From Camelus ferus (lineage: Eukaryota): a stretch of DNA of 64,000 bases. The notes under the pieces are model-generated. The model was not told the origin of the DNA. It did not search any database and saw only the letters and a list, made by a program, of their open reading frames with translations. Positions 39,463 to 52,260 of this stretch are shown here, piece by piece (the first letter of the stretch is position 1; the number at the start of each line of letters is the position of its first letter). The position numbers and the translations under genes are program-made. Location: assembly GCF_009834535.1 (NCBI RefSeq), contig NC_045697.1:57600001-57664000 (forward strand), in the 5' to 3' direction.

Positions 39463-39970
39463 TGTATTAGTCAGAACTGTTTTAAATGTGTGCCAAAGAA
39501 ACTACCTTATGTTTTAAATATGTGCACGTGAAACAAGTGTATAAGTTACAGTTTGAAATAGAAAACAACAAAAAAAGTATGACTTGTTCAAAGAAAGAAA
39601 ATTCATGAATTTAGTTAAAATGATGAAAAATCAAACAAGAGTTTCTGAATAAAGCATAAATCTCAGGGCAAAAAAAGAAAAATAAAATAGGAGGCAAGTA
39701 CATGATGGAATCTAGAATCGTGGAAGAGATATATCCATTGCTGGAGATAGATACTGTTCAAAGCAGAAAGTGTAAGAAATGTATCTTGGCTTTTCGCTTC
39801 TTCAGGCCTTGCTGTCCAGTTTTATTCCAGTTATTGCTCGTTGTTCAGATTCAACCTGTGACTACACGTGTGGGTGGACGGGGAAGGCTGAGGCCAACAG
39901 TATACTCTATGAGACAGAGCCTAACAGAAGAAAGATGAGTAATGTATCTTAGGACAAACAGATCAAAGAT
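39463..39970 (-). mobile_element. Very old LTR remnant (LTR33/MLT-like)
   Basis: Begins 'tgtattagtcag' (reverse of a ctgactaataca LTR end); internal 'cagagcctaacagaag'. Confidence 0.35.
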
Positions 39971-40669
39971 GAGCAAATCTATACAATACTTGATATGTAT
40001 TTTATTTTAAAAAATGAAAATAGTAACCAACATGCCTCATAAGAATAAAAGAAAGCAGAATTTATTTCAGGTTAGAGGAAGAACTATGCAAGAAGCCATT
40101 GATGATTGTCTTGTTTCTCATTTTCCATGAAATTATCCATGATGATATATGAAACATTTTTTTGAAAATGCAATCATAATATCTGAAAAATTTTTAAAAA
40201 TATTTTGGAAGGATATGGAATTAATTTATATTAAATAGAAATTGGATATTGCTTGTTGGGAAGAAGAAACTCCATAAACCTGCTAGTCACTAACTCATGT
40301 AGGGGAATAACTCAAATAATACCAGCTGCCTGCAATGATTGTTCTTTCCCTACGGATTCTGTTCTAAAGAAAGAATGGGAGTTCCTTGGCAAAAAATAGA
40401 AGAGATGTGTTTCATAACTACAAATATTATAGAATAACTTTTATTACATTCCACAATATTTTTTATAGTTTCAGTTTCAGTTTGATCCAGGTACTAGGTA
40501 GCCACTGCTTGGATTAACAGATATTTAAGAGGAACTCTCAATTGTCTAGAGAGTAGGAAATAAAGTTGAAACATTATACTTCGTAGATTAATCCAAGAAA
40601 ACAAGCATTCAGTAAAAATTGCAGTGCTGTTACATACATAGAAAGTGGAAGAAAAGATAAAATGGGAAC

Positions 40670-41144
40670 TGTGGTGGGTAGGATAATGACTCTCCAAAGA
40701 TGTCTTTGTCATAATGACTTAGCTCTGATGTCTTAATCCCTGAAACTTTCAAATACCTTACCTTGTGTGTAGATGTGATTAACTATATTGTGGTAGGTAG
40801 AACATTCTAAGTTATGTAGGTAGGACCAGTCTAACACATCAGTTCTTAAAATCAGAAATTCTTTCCTAGCTATGGGCAAAAAGAGACATTAACTGTGGAA
40901 GAAGAGTCAGAGAGATGTGATGTTGCTGATTTGAATATGGGTAAAGAGCTTCATGAGGCAAGGAAGGAGGCAGCCTCTGGAAGTTAGAAAAGGCAAGAAA
41001 GTGAATCCAACCCTAGAGCCTCCAGAAAAGGAACCTTATGAGACTCGTGTTGGACTTCTACAGAACTACATGGTAATAATATGTGAGGTTTTAAGCCACT
41101 GAATTTTTGCTAGTGTGTTATAACAGGAATAGAAAACTAAGACA
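40670..41144 (+). mobile_element. MaLR solo LTR (MLT1D-like), inserted in an L2
   Basis: 'tgtggtgggtaggataatgactctccaaagatgtc...ggcagcctctggaagttagaaaaggcaagaaa...ccctagagcctccagaa...aatagaaaactaagaca'. Confidence 0.9.
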
Positions 41145-42130
41145 AGAAGATACTGGGTGAAAGAAAAAGAAGAAAACTTTGTCTCCTGTATAGGGGGACA
41201 AGGCAAAGTTTCATTAAGAAGATGATATTAAAGCTTCTTTTTAAAAAAGAGAATAGAAATTAGCTTGGCACATGAGAAATTATTGCCCCCGGCAGAAAAG
41301 ACAATGTAAGTGAAGGCAAACAGGTGAGGTTCTTGGTAAAGTTTAAATATAGAAGGCGAAGGGTAATTACTGAAAGTTAATTTCTGAAGCTACAGAAATG
41401 ACTGGTGATGGAACACAAACTCTAGATATGACAGCCTGGATTTTCCTAGGGCAGTGGATAATCAGTGGATGAGTGGCATGAATAAAATGTCATTTCTGAG
41501 AAATCACTAATATTCTAATGTGGTAATAGATGGAATGGGATATGCAGGAAGCCATTTAGGATGACGCTGATGTAAGAGCAAAGTATAGAGTGTCATAGAC
41601 TAAAGACAGTTATGGTAGGAAAGAGGAAAACTGAGGAAGTAGAGACATGTAGGAGAAAAAGTTAACAAACCATGGCATGGTAACTGAGTGAAGTTGGTTT
41701 AAAGGACAAAAAAATAATCAAATACAAACTCCAGGTGTCTGGATAAAGAAGCTGAGCATAGTTCAGCCTCACTCACTGAGGCTGGGAACACATGAGGAAG
41801 TAAGTGGAAGGGAGAAAGTGAGTTTATTTTTGGACATGTTGTATTTGAGATTCCTGCTCAATATAACTATATATTTTAGTAAATTGTTTCATATATGTTT
41901 TAAATACACAAAAAGTTCTTTGATTGGGTATTTATATCTTAGAATTATGTTATTTATATTGTCATGATGCATGGATATCAAATGAAGCCAAGAAGGAGTG
42001 GATATCAAGTCCAAAGAAAAAACGTTCTGAAATATATACCTAAGAAATACCAATTTTAATAGCCAGACTGTAGAGAAAAATCCAACTAAAATATTTCTAG
42101 AGAGGGAAGATGAAGTCAGGAAAGTATTAT
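41145..42130 (-). mobile_element. L2 fragment
   Basis: 'aactccaggtgtctgga...cactgaggctgggaacacatgaggaag...gagtttatttttggacatgttgtatttgaga' is reverse L2. Confidence 0.75.
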
Positions 42131-42504
42131 TAGCTTGTGCAAAGAACAGAAACCCAAAAAATCCAGCTCAAATAAAGGAGAAGGGGCATCATAAAGATCT
42201 ACTATTCCATCTCAAGTCACACTTCAAAAAGAAATTTTTATATTTTTAGTTGACCTGTTCTGAATTGTAAGTCTTTTATGATCAATAGGTAGATATAGTT
42301 GAATAATGTTTAACAGTTGATTGTGAGGCTATTATAAGGACTTATTTTACAAGTGGCAATTATTTTTCTTTTATTTGGATAAGGTACCTCTTTGAGTCTC
42401 AGTTGTCATACCTAAGCCCAGAGAAGAAATATTTGATTCTAATGATACTTTCAACTTTAGTTCTAACAACCAGACTTACAGAAAGAGTGAATGAAATCAG
42501 AATA

Positions 42505-42635
42505 GGACTGGGGACAGATGGAATTGATTGAATGCTAAGAAGCATGAAGGCATTGTTTAGGGTGATGAAATGTTCTGTATCTTAATTTTGGAGGTAGTTA
42601 TGCAACTCTGTACAAACTCATAGAACTATATGGCT
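42505..42635 (+). mobile_element. Old L1M 3' end fragment
   Basis: 'gcatgaaggcattgtttagggtgatgaaatgttctgtatctt...aaactcatagaact'. Confidence 0.65.
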
Positions 42636-43146
42636 AATTACATCACCTTTTGGCAAAATCTGAACAAACTGTAATGACAAACAAGCTTACTAAGATATAG
42701 GTGTGCCTAACAGTGCTCATATAATATTTATTCAATAAATGCATTAACATATTACCAAAAGAGATTAGCAGTGTAATGAACTCATACTCTGAATATTTTA
42801 AGAAATACTGGTCTTTTTTTTTTTTTAATGAGTGAGCTGGTAAAAATTTTATGACTAATGAGTAAATTGCTAAATACATTTCTTGTATGTTGGTGGTATG
42901 TAAGCTATTAATTGATTTAGTTGAGTTGTCATTTGGTAATTCAAATCCTAACTTCATCTTTCCAACTTTAAGCTATATAGTTGATTTGGGTGAATGGGTT
43001 TTGAAATGAATCACAGTGAAAGATTTTAAAATGCATATTCATAGTTGTATAATGTTTTTTCCTATTTCTATTTGTAGAAGTCTTTTTACACTAGAAAATT
43101 AGAAAATATAATGACAGATTTTACATAAACATGACAGTCCATAATA

Positions 43147-43651
43147 CAGATGGGCCCCAATTTATGATGGCTTACTAACAATTTTTCAACCTAAGGATGG
43201 TATGAAAGCAATATTCATTCAATAGAAACTGTTCTTCAAATTTTGAATTTAGATCTTTCCCTGGGCTAGCAATAGGCAGTGCATACATTCGAGTGATGCT
43301 GGGCAGTGGCAGGGGCCACAGATCCACGTCAGCCATGTAATCTTGAGGTTAAACAAGTGATACACTCACAACCACCCGCCACCCATACAGCCATTCTGTT
43401 TTTCACTTTCAGTACAGTATTCAGTAATTACATGAGATGTTCAACATTTTATTACTATAAAATGGACTTTGTGTTAGATGATTTTGCCCTATTATAGGCT
43501 AGTCTAAGTCTTCTGAGCACGTTTAAAGTAGGCTAAGCTAAGCTGTGATGTTCAGTAGATTAGGTGTATTAAATGCATTTTGACTTAAAATATTTTCAAC
43601 TTATGATGGTTTTATCAGGACATAACCCCATCCTATGTTGACAAATATCTG
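43147..43651 (-). mobile_element. MER47/Tigger5-derived non-autonomous DNA transposon, both ends present
   Basis: Terminal inverted repeats cagatg.../...tatctg flanked by TA on both sides; 'gagcacgtttaaagtaggctaagctaagctgtgatgttcagtagattaggtgtattaaatgcatttt' is reverse MER47. Confidence 0.9.
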
Positions 43652-44259
43652 TATATTTACAACAAAGTATATTATATAATATTAATCCAAATTATATAAA
43701 TTTAATTACAAGCTTAGATTTGAAATAACTTTACAATATAAAATATGTCATAATTATATACACATTTCACTGTTTAATTATAATACACTATCTGAAAATT
43801 TCTCTTTGATTTGATCAGTTATTAAAAAGGAATGCTTTCCACATTGATTCTCATAATAGTTATATACATAGTTAAACACACATGCACACACAGACACACA
43901 AATTAATCACAATCACATTACAATTTTTCCCACTTAATACATGGGGTATAGTCATAGCTATTTATTATTTATAATCAGTTCTAACTGATTACTTATGATT
44001 TGTTATAAATAGCCAGTAGTCCCTCAGAAACAGATTGCTTATGATTTGGATATAAATATCTGTGTGTTTTTCAAAATGACTAAGAAAAAAATTTAAAGGC
44101 TTTATATTCCAGTGTAGTTTGTTTCAGGTCAGTTGTTTACCAACATGGTGGTGAGGATCAAGATATGTATATTACAGAATAAACAGAGTATGTAATTTGC
44201 ATTTATCTATCCAGTAATGTCTCTATATTTAAATTTTGTGTAAATTTTCAGTCTAATTT

Positions 44260-44592
44260 ATTTATTTATTCTGTTTTAAATATACAATTTAATGAATTTA
44301 ATATATTTACCGAGTTATACAACTAACACCAAAATCTGATTTTATAACATTGCCATCATCCTAAATAGAAACCTTATACTGTCATTCCCCTTTCCCATCC
44401 CCAGGCTTGAGCAACAACTAATGTAGTTTCTGTTGTCTCTAGTTTCAAATTGTTTGCTGTTTTCTGTATGTTTATAAATGGGATCATACAATCTGTATGC
44501 CTTCTTTCACTGAACATGATGCTTTTGAAGGTTATTCGTATTATAGCTTTTATCGGTACTTTAATTTTTTTATTACCAAGTAGTAACCCTTA
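44260..44592 (-). mobile_element. Old L1M (L1MB-like) 3' end
   Basis: 'ttaaatatacaatttaatgaattt...aacattgccatcatcc...ataaatgggatcatacaat...cttctttcactgaacatgatgcttttgaaggtt'. Confidence 0.8.
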
Positions 44593-46074
44593 TATTGATC
44601 TTTGCCTCCCATATATTTTGTTTATTTTTACTCCCAGAAATCCGTGGCTTTTAGATATTTTCACAATCCGATTTCTAATGACTTAATTCATGCTCATGTC
44701 TTTCTGTTTTATACTTCTGTTAAGGATAATACCCACTATAGAAAATTGCCTTTACCATACCTTGGTTAGCTGAACTAGCACTCATCTAGTCTCTGAAAGA
44801 TTTATTATCTTACACTTACTTTAGCACTTAATTGACTACATATTATTAATTTTAATTTTGCCTCCTACTCTCTACCCAGTGAACTAAATGTAAGTTATTT
44901 GAGCATAGGATACCTCTATACCCCCAGCATTTTTAATCTTTTCTAGTGTGATAATTGATGCTTAATCCATATATAATAAATAATAAATAAATAAATAACC
45001 AACCTTAGTAGTTTATGAATTTTAGTTCTTTGGAGCTTTAAATCATGCTTCTTTATAAGTATCTTGACTATATGACTCATGTATTCACACACACTAAAGC
45101 AGAAGATCAGAGTTTACTTTAAAACTTCAGACGGTTTATGATTTGGGGGTTATTTGAAGATTTGTTTATGAACTGCAATTAATTTTGAGGAATGTATTTT
45201 CCAAAAGTAACTTGTTGAGAGTTTTCCTTTATGGCCATTCGATAGTGAAATAGCAGGTTAAAGATAATTTTATTTATCATAATATCATATTTATAATTTA
45301 ATTCTGTAATATGTTTATTTTCCATGTAATGTGCTTAACATAAATATTTCAGTTAAAATCTCATCTTCATATCATTAAAATTTATGTTATATAGTATATG
45401 TAACATACTTGTGATTGAAAATTGATGTAGATATATATATTTGCACGAGTACACATTTATTATTTCAGAAAATCCCAAATTGATGTTATGAATACACATA
45501 ATGATTTTCTTGTTGTATAATATCTAATCTCAAGCCTCCTACTTCTTTTCATCTTGTCTTCCCTCACTCCCTTTCGCACATACTTCCTTCATTTATTTAT
45601 GTATATATCAAATGTTCTTAGTGTCCACTCTCTAGTAGGCATTGAGCATTAACTAGTTACAATATAGACATAATCCTTGCCCACATTTACCTTATGACCA
45701 TTATTATTTAGATAGATATCCACAATGATACCATATTGTGGAAAGGACTCCCAGTTTATTTTGGGGAGGATGGCAAGAAGAATATTAAAATCTTAGGGTT
45801 AAATGAAGTTTGAAATAAAGAGTTAAATAGGCAATAAACGTTATGAGTATAGAGATGAGGAATAAGTGTGGATATTAGGGGAAGGGATAAGTATAATAAC
45901 TATTAGTATATATCACTTACTAACACTCATTTTCTATATTAAATTTCCAAGACAGAAATCTAAGAACCAAACTCGTCCTTGTTTCCTCCCACATAACCCA
46001 CTTCCAATTAAATACATGTCTTGTCAAATATAACACCATAACAAAATATCTATGAAGTGTTCCCATCTCTACCT

Positions 46075-46535
46075 TTGTATTACTGCAAAATATAAGACAA
46101 AAACAATAAAAACAAACAAAAAAGAATGCAAAATAAAAATACAGTGTTTTAAAACAAAAAGCATTTATTTCTTGCTCAAGGATCTGCACATGATTTTATA
46201 TTTGGCTAAGATCTGTTAGACGTGGTTCCATTGCAATTTGGATTCAGATCTGTTCCTTGTAAATTCTTCAGCATGCATACAGAAGCTTCCTAGCACACTG
46301 TTTTCTCATGGTGGATAACCAAAATACCTGAAAGCAAGTGGAAACCTGTGACTTCTCTTGTGTTATTGGCCATGAACTACCACACTGTTCCTTTGCCTAC
46401 ACTTTGTTGGCCAAAGCAAGTCATATGGCCAAACTCAGTATCAATGGACCAGAGTGAAATTTACTTCACTGATCTAGTGCCAGGCACTTCAGAGTCACAT
46501 GGCCAGGACATGGCTGTATAATTCTAGTAACACAA
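46075..46535 (-). mobile_element. Old MaLR LTR (MLT1G/H-like)
   Basis: 'aaaacaaaaagcatttatttcttgctca...ttggccaaagcaagtcatatggccaaactcag...agagtcacatggc'. Confidence 0.7.
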
Positions 46536-46944
46536 TCATTAGAAAGGCTCTAGTATTTCCTCAACAGAATTACCCCAGTAGTTTCTTAACAAATCACCTA
46601 TCACTTCCAACCTGCTACCAAAAGATAATACTTTAAAACAGAGAGCTATCTAAATTACTATCCAACTTACAAATCAGTAAGTTGCCATAATAATGTGCTA
46701 CATAGCATTATGTATAAGAGCTTTTAAGTATCTGATCCTGTTTACCTCTCTATTTTGTCCTCCTCCTGACCTAAATAACTTACCATTTTCATAATGTTCA
46801 CTCTACCCTACTCTCCTCCTATCTATATTTTATATTAAGTAATTGTGTCTTTTATTTTAACATGAATGTTATGCTTTTCCCAACCTAGGAAGACTTTATA
46901 TTCCTCTTTCTAATCTAGATTGATTAGACTTCCTTTGATAATTA

Positions 46945-47370
46945 CATATGTATATATATATATATATATTTATTTATTGAAGTATAGTTGATTTACAACA
47001 CTGTGTTTCATGTGTACAGAAAATGATTTAGTTATATGTATATATAAACATATATATGCTTATGTGTGTGTATATATATATATATTCTTTTCTATTATAG
47101 GTTATTACAAGATACTGAATAGTTCTCTGTTCTAGGCAGGAAATCCTTATTGTTTATCTATTTTATATATGGTGGCATGTACTCCTGATTTATCTCTCCC
47201 CACTCTTCCCTTTTGGTAACCATAAGTTTGTTTTCTGTGTGTCTCTGTGAGTCTTCATGTTTTGTAAGTAAGTTCAGTTGTATTGTTTTTTAGATTCTAT
47301 ATGTAAGTGATATATAATATTTGACTTCTTCTGACTTACTTCACTTATTATGATAATCTCTAGGTCCATT
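46945..47370 (-). mobile_element. L1 3' end (cetartiodactyl-type) with (TA)n tail
   Basis: 'ttattgaagtatagttgatttacaa...ataggttattacaagatactgaatagt...tggtaaccataagtttgttttct...ctgacttacttcactta'; similar to the L1s at 566-889 and 56420-57867. Confidence 0.9.
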
Positions 47371-48254
47371 ATATCATATATTTGTATCCCTTTTTCATAT
47401 GAATCATTACACTATATTAGGAATGTATTTTCTGATTGCATCAGTAGACTATAATAGACTATATATTCTTTGAATGTAGGCCCCACTTTCTTCAAGTTTT
47501 CTGAAACTGATATACAGGAAATAATGGAAAAATAACTTATTGAGTGTTTACTTAATATATGTCTAAGTAACCATTCTGAGGGGTGTCCTGTTTTTAAAAT
47601 TGCACAGCACATGGACCCTATTCTCCAGAAACTTACCATTTGGTGGGGAGATAAGATTAAGAAATATATCGTGATGTGATTGGATATATACTAATGGTAC
47701 AAATTAACTTTGTATGTTAACATTATACGGGATCATTGTAATATTGTTATATGAAATATTGCTTAGATATTAGTTAGATGTTTGGTGTTAAATCACTAGA
47801 TTTTTTTAATCAAATCAGTGAAATAGTCAAACATATGCTTTAGAAAAATTACAGGTAACAATGTACAGAATAAACTATAAGATAGTTCAGGGTATAGTTG
47901 AAACCATCAGTAATTATTAAAATATTCTAATCAAAGTCCAGAACTTCTCAGTGAATGCTGCTTTTGAAGGACTTATAGATTTATAAACATCATAAAATTA
48001 TAGACACCAGACCTTAAAGATGATCTCATGTAATCTTCTGAATTTACAGGGCATGCTTTTAAGATCCAGGGTTATCATTTGACCCATATCAGGTTTCTGA
48101 ATTTTAAATTTCAAAATGGAAGTAGCAGGTTAACCCTAGGAGCTCCTAGATAGCTATAAAATCAGGGTACTGAAAATACATACTGACAAAATAGCTATTA
48201 TTATAGCTTGAAAATCTATTTGTCAATCAATGGATCTTGTGTTTTGAACTCCAA

Positions 48255-48920
48255 ATAAATTATGTAGGTACTTAACTGTAATTCATCATTCCTTAAGTGT
48301 AGGTGTTCATAGTGACTTTTTCCAAAGCAGATAATATGAAAATGGGCAGGTGAAGAGTAATTTTATAGTGGAGAAACCTGATAAATGATCAAAGTCAGTA
48401 TCAACAATCACAAATCACGCTGGTAGAAGGTACCTTTGACATGATGTGATGGAATCGGCACTTTACCTCTGTGATCTTCCTCTCTAAAACCCATAATTTT
48501 AGCATAATCATGAGAAAAACATCAGACAAATTTCAATAGAGTGGCATCATACAACTTGATAATTAATCATTCTCAACAGTGCCAGGGACATTAAAAACAA
48601 GAAACTCTGAGAAAGTGTCACAACCAAAAGGAGCCTAAGAAGACATAAATTAATGTAATATAACTTCCTGAATGAGTTCTTGAAACAGAAAAGGGACATT
48701 AGGTAAAAACAAAGAAAATCTAAATAAGTTACAGATTTCAGTTAATAATAATAATGAATCAATATTAGTCCACTAATGGTGACAAATATAACATACTAAT
48801 GTAAAACGTTAATAATAGGAAAAATTGTGTGAAGGATATATAGTAACTCTCTGTATTATTGCCTCCATTTTTTGGCAAATTTAACACTTTTCTAAAAGTA
48901 AGTTCAATTAATTAAAAAAA
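48255..48920 (+). mobile_element. L1MC/L1MD-like 3' UTR
   Basis: 'atagtggagaaacctga...ggcactttacctctgtgatcttcctc...aatcatgagaaaaacatcagacaaa...aacagaaaagggacattaggtaaaaac', with an A-rich end. Confidence 0.85.
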
Positions 48921-50492
48921 TGAACAAAATTAAACACTAAATATTTAAGTTGTGAAATGACATTACTATAATATTTTTAATATTAGTAAATAATAATATC
49001 TAGAACAGATAAAATTAGTGCAAGGGTATAAATGTTAGTGTTCATCCAAGAATCTTAAAACATTTTCTTTTGATGTATTTGATTTCTTTTTAGATATTTT
49101 GTAAATCATATTATTTCACTAATTAGAAGCCAATTTGTTTAAGAATAAGTAATTATTTGTTAGTTAGTGAATTACTTTGGATTCATATCTATCTTTGAAA
49201 ATACTTTAAATACTTCAATACAGAGGTTGTCATTTTTAAATTGAAAGTAGTGAAATACTTACTGTTATGTGTGAACCTCAGGGTATCATTTTCACTCTTG
49301 GAGTCCCTCAACAAACATTTCCATTCAATCATCTTTAAATGTTCCTCTGGTTTACTTCTAGAGTGGTACTGATTAATTTATATTTGTGTGCAGGTAATTC
49401 TATTTCCCTTGGTGTGCATATTTAGTCATTTCTCCATATTAAATCCCATCTATTCTCTAGTTCTTCAACCAAAAGTTTAGATTATATCCTTTTGAATTTT
49501 TCACAACCAATATTTAAATTAACTTGAACAGTTAAACTAACCCCTCCCTCTTTATTGATTTTAACAAGTGCCTAATGATTTTTTTCCTTAGTCAGTAAAT
49601 AGGTCAGTGAATTGCTTCCCCTTTGACATTAATTTTATAGCACTTGGAATGCACTCTGTTTACAAAGAAGGAATATACTTTCAGGGTCTAAGCCATTTCG
49701 CCATCTTCTTGATTTCTCTATGTAAATAATTATTATAGTTTTACCTGTATCTCATTTACTATATTACAAATAAGGGCTGAGTATAGTCCTCAATTTCTTT
49801 AACTGGAGAAGAGTAGTTTTAAAATTTCTTAAAACTACTTTGATATTTTTTTCTAAAAAACAACTATAAATAACAATAAGTGTGTATTCTAGAAAATTTA
49901 CTAAAGTAACAAGTAAATTTGGACAAATGTTCCATTCATCTCCAATTTGAACTTGTGATGATGACAAAAGATCCCTTTTAACATTATTACATCAACCCGT
50001 GGTCAGCTTTTTAGAAGAGTGTATTTATTTTATGTTCTTCCTGTTCTGCAATACTAGTGGGGCTGCAGTTCTTGGTAATCACAGGAAAAGTTTCTTTTGA
50101 GATAACATGGTGGGTGAGGGTAGGACTAACAAAGATGGAACTGCTTATTAAAAAAGCCATATTTTGCCTCAATTCTTGATAAAATTTTCACTACTTGGAG
50201 AATAGTTCATAGTCTTTATTAACAACTCATCCCCTTCTTAATGTATTTGTTTAGTTTATTGGTTACCATGTCTTCAAATAAGAGGTCTTTCATCCATCTC
50301 TGAGGTCTCATATATTCTTAAGTTTCTTGTTCAGAAATGGAAGTTCTGAATTGATTTTGTGCAGTTTCCTACCCTCACTGCTAACTGCTCCTCATAATAA
50401 GTTTAGCCCAAATTTCTGGCATTGATCATCTTTGTCTATAAAAAACTTGTTTCTAAAACGCCTTCTAAATGTTATTTTGAAAAAATTACATT

Positions 50493-50779
50493 TACAGCCA
50501 CTTTGGAAGATAATCTAGCAATTCCTTACAAAGCTAAATATACTGTTACCATATGATCTAGCAATCACTTTCCCTAGTACTTACCCAAATGAGGTGAAAA
50601 TTTACATCTACACGAAACCTGCACGTGAATATTTACAGTAACTATTCAAATTTATCTAAACTTAAAAGCATCTATACTTTCAATAGATGAATGGATAAAT
50701 AAACTGTGGTACATCCTTATAATGGAATGTTATTCAATGTTAAAAAGAAATAAGCTATCAAGCCACAAAAAGACATGGA
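50493..50779 (+). mobile_element. Old L1M ORF2 C-terminus / 3' UTR start
   Basis: 'tacagccactttggaaga...ccatatgatctagcaatc...gatgaatggataaataaactgtggtacatcc'. Confidence 0.85.
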
Positions 50780-50904
50780 CACTTGAACAGTAGCTTAGCC
50801 TATTTTTTTCATTAAAGAGGTAAACTACAGGAAAATAATCATAATAATTTCTCCATTTTATTTGACCTTTTCTGTAATTATGATGTAATGTGTTAAATTA
50901 ATAT

Positions 50905-52260
50905 CCATTTCATGTGAAAACACTAAAAGAAAGCTAGTTGAACCATACTAATATCACACACATAGACAACTTTAAGCAGAAGTTTTACTACAGTAAAAAA
51001 AAAAGTATATTTCATAAAGATAAAGTAGTCAATTTATCAATGAAATAACTCTACCTGTATATATATAACACATTATATCTTCATAATTTATCAATGAAGA
51101 AAAATATAACAGAAATAAAACAAGAAATAAAAACACCCACAATCATGGAGAGAAATTTTAACACACTTCCAAATATCTAGAAAAAGCAATTAAGTAATCA
51201 TAAGGAGTTATGAACAAAATTAATACCTTTCTCTATATAGATACATTTTTGGAATATTTAACCAACGTGATACAATATACCTCATTTCATGTAAAAGTGG
51301 ACTATTTAACAAAAATGAATAAATGCTATGCCATAGAGAAATCATCAAAATATTTCAAAGGACTGACATACTTCCAAATAACTAGAATGCCACATGAGAT
51401 GCATTTTCTGATCACAGTGGAATTGACAACTAGAAAATATCCAACTAGATGGAAATAACACAAATGAATTATTTATGACTTGAAGAAATCACAGTGAAAA
51501 ATAGTAGATCAAGTAGATAATATTTTAAACTGAATATTGATGACAGTGTATGTCAGTATATGTTTGGCATAGCTAAAACAAGGATAAAGGAAAATTTGTT
51601 AGTGTAATTATATCAATTTATAATAATTTTGTATAAAATGTAATGATATATTATATATCATATATAATTATATAAATATGTATAATTGCAATTATATATA
51701 AAATAAAAGGTAACACCTTAAATGAAATAAGGTATCATCTCTATAAAGTAGAAAAACTTTAGTAAATCATAGAAAGTAGAGAAAGGAAACAGTAATAATT
51801 TTTTCAGTGAAATAGAGAATAAATGTTCAATAAATACAATCAGTTCAGCCAAAAGCTTTTTCCAAAGATTAAATTGATAACACTCTAGAATAATACAGAG
51901 AAAGAAAAAAATGAAACCAGCAATTGTCAATATTAGCAATAAAAAAAAGGGGAGTGAGGTAAGGGTGAAGGTCACTATGGCCTCTCAAGTCATTTTGAAA
52001 GCTAATAGTAAGTTGACAATGAAGTTGGCAACTTAAATAAGTTGGGCAAATACCCCAAGAAATAAACCAAATATGACTTGGCCAAATTGACAGAACAACA
52101 GAATGGGAAACTGAGCACTACTTTATTAAAAATATTGAATCTGTAGTAAAATACCTTCTCACAAAGAAAACAGTGCCCAGGAAACTTAGTCAAAAATACA
52201 GAGGAATCGTAACAAATATATAAGAAAGCATTTAAGACCATTTTTCTAGGGAATAGAAAT
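50905..52260 (+). mobile_element. Old L1M ORF2 5' (endonuclease) region, heavily decayed
   Basis: 'cccacaatcatggagagaaattttaacacactt', 'ttttctgatcacagtggaattga' (SDH motif) and 'attgaatctgtagtaaaataccttctcacaaagaaaa'. Confidence 0.75.

Noticed and set aside
51031..51098. 14-bp direct repeats (aatttatcaatgaa) suggesting a TSD
   Set aside because: AT-rich, inside a decayed L1, and the enclosed 40 bp has no poly-A or recognisable insert.
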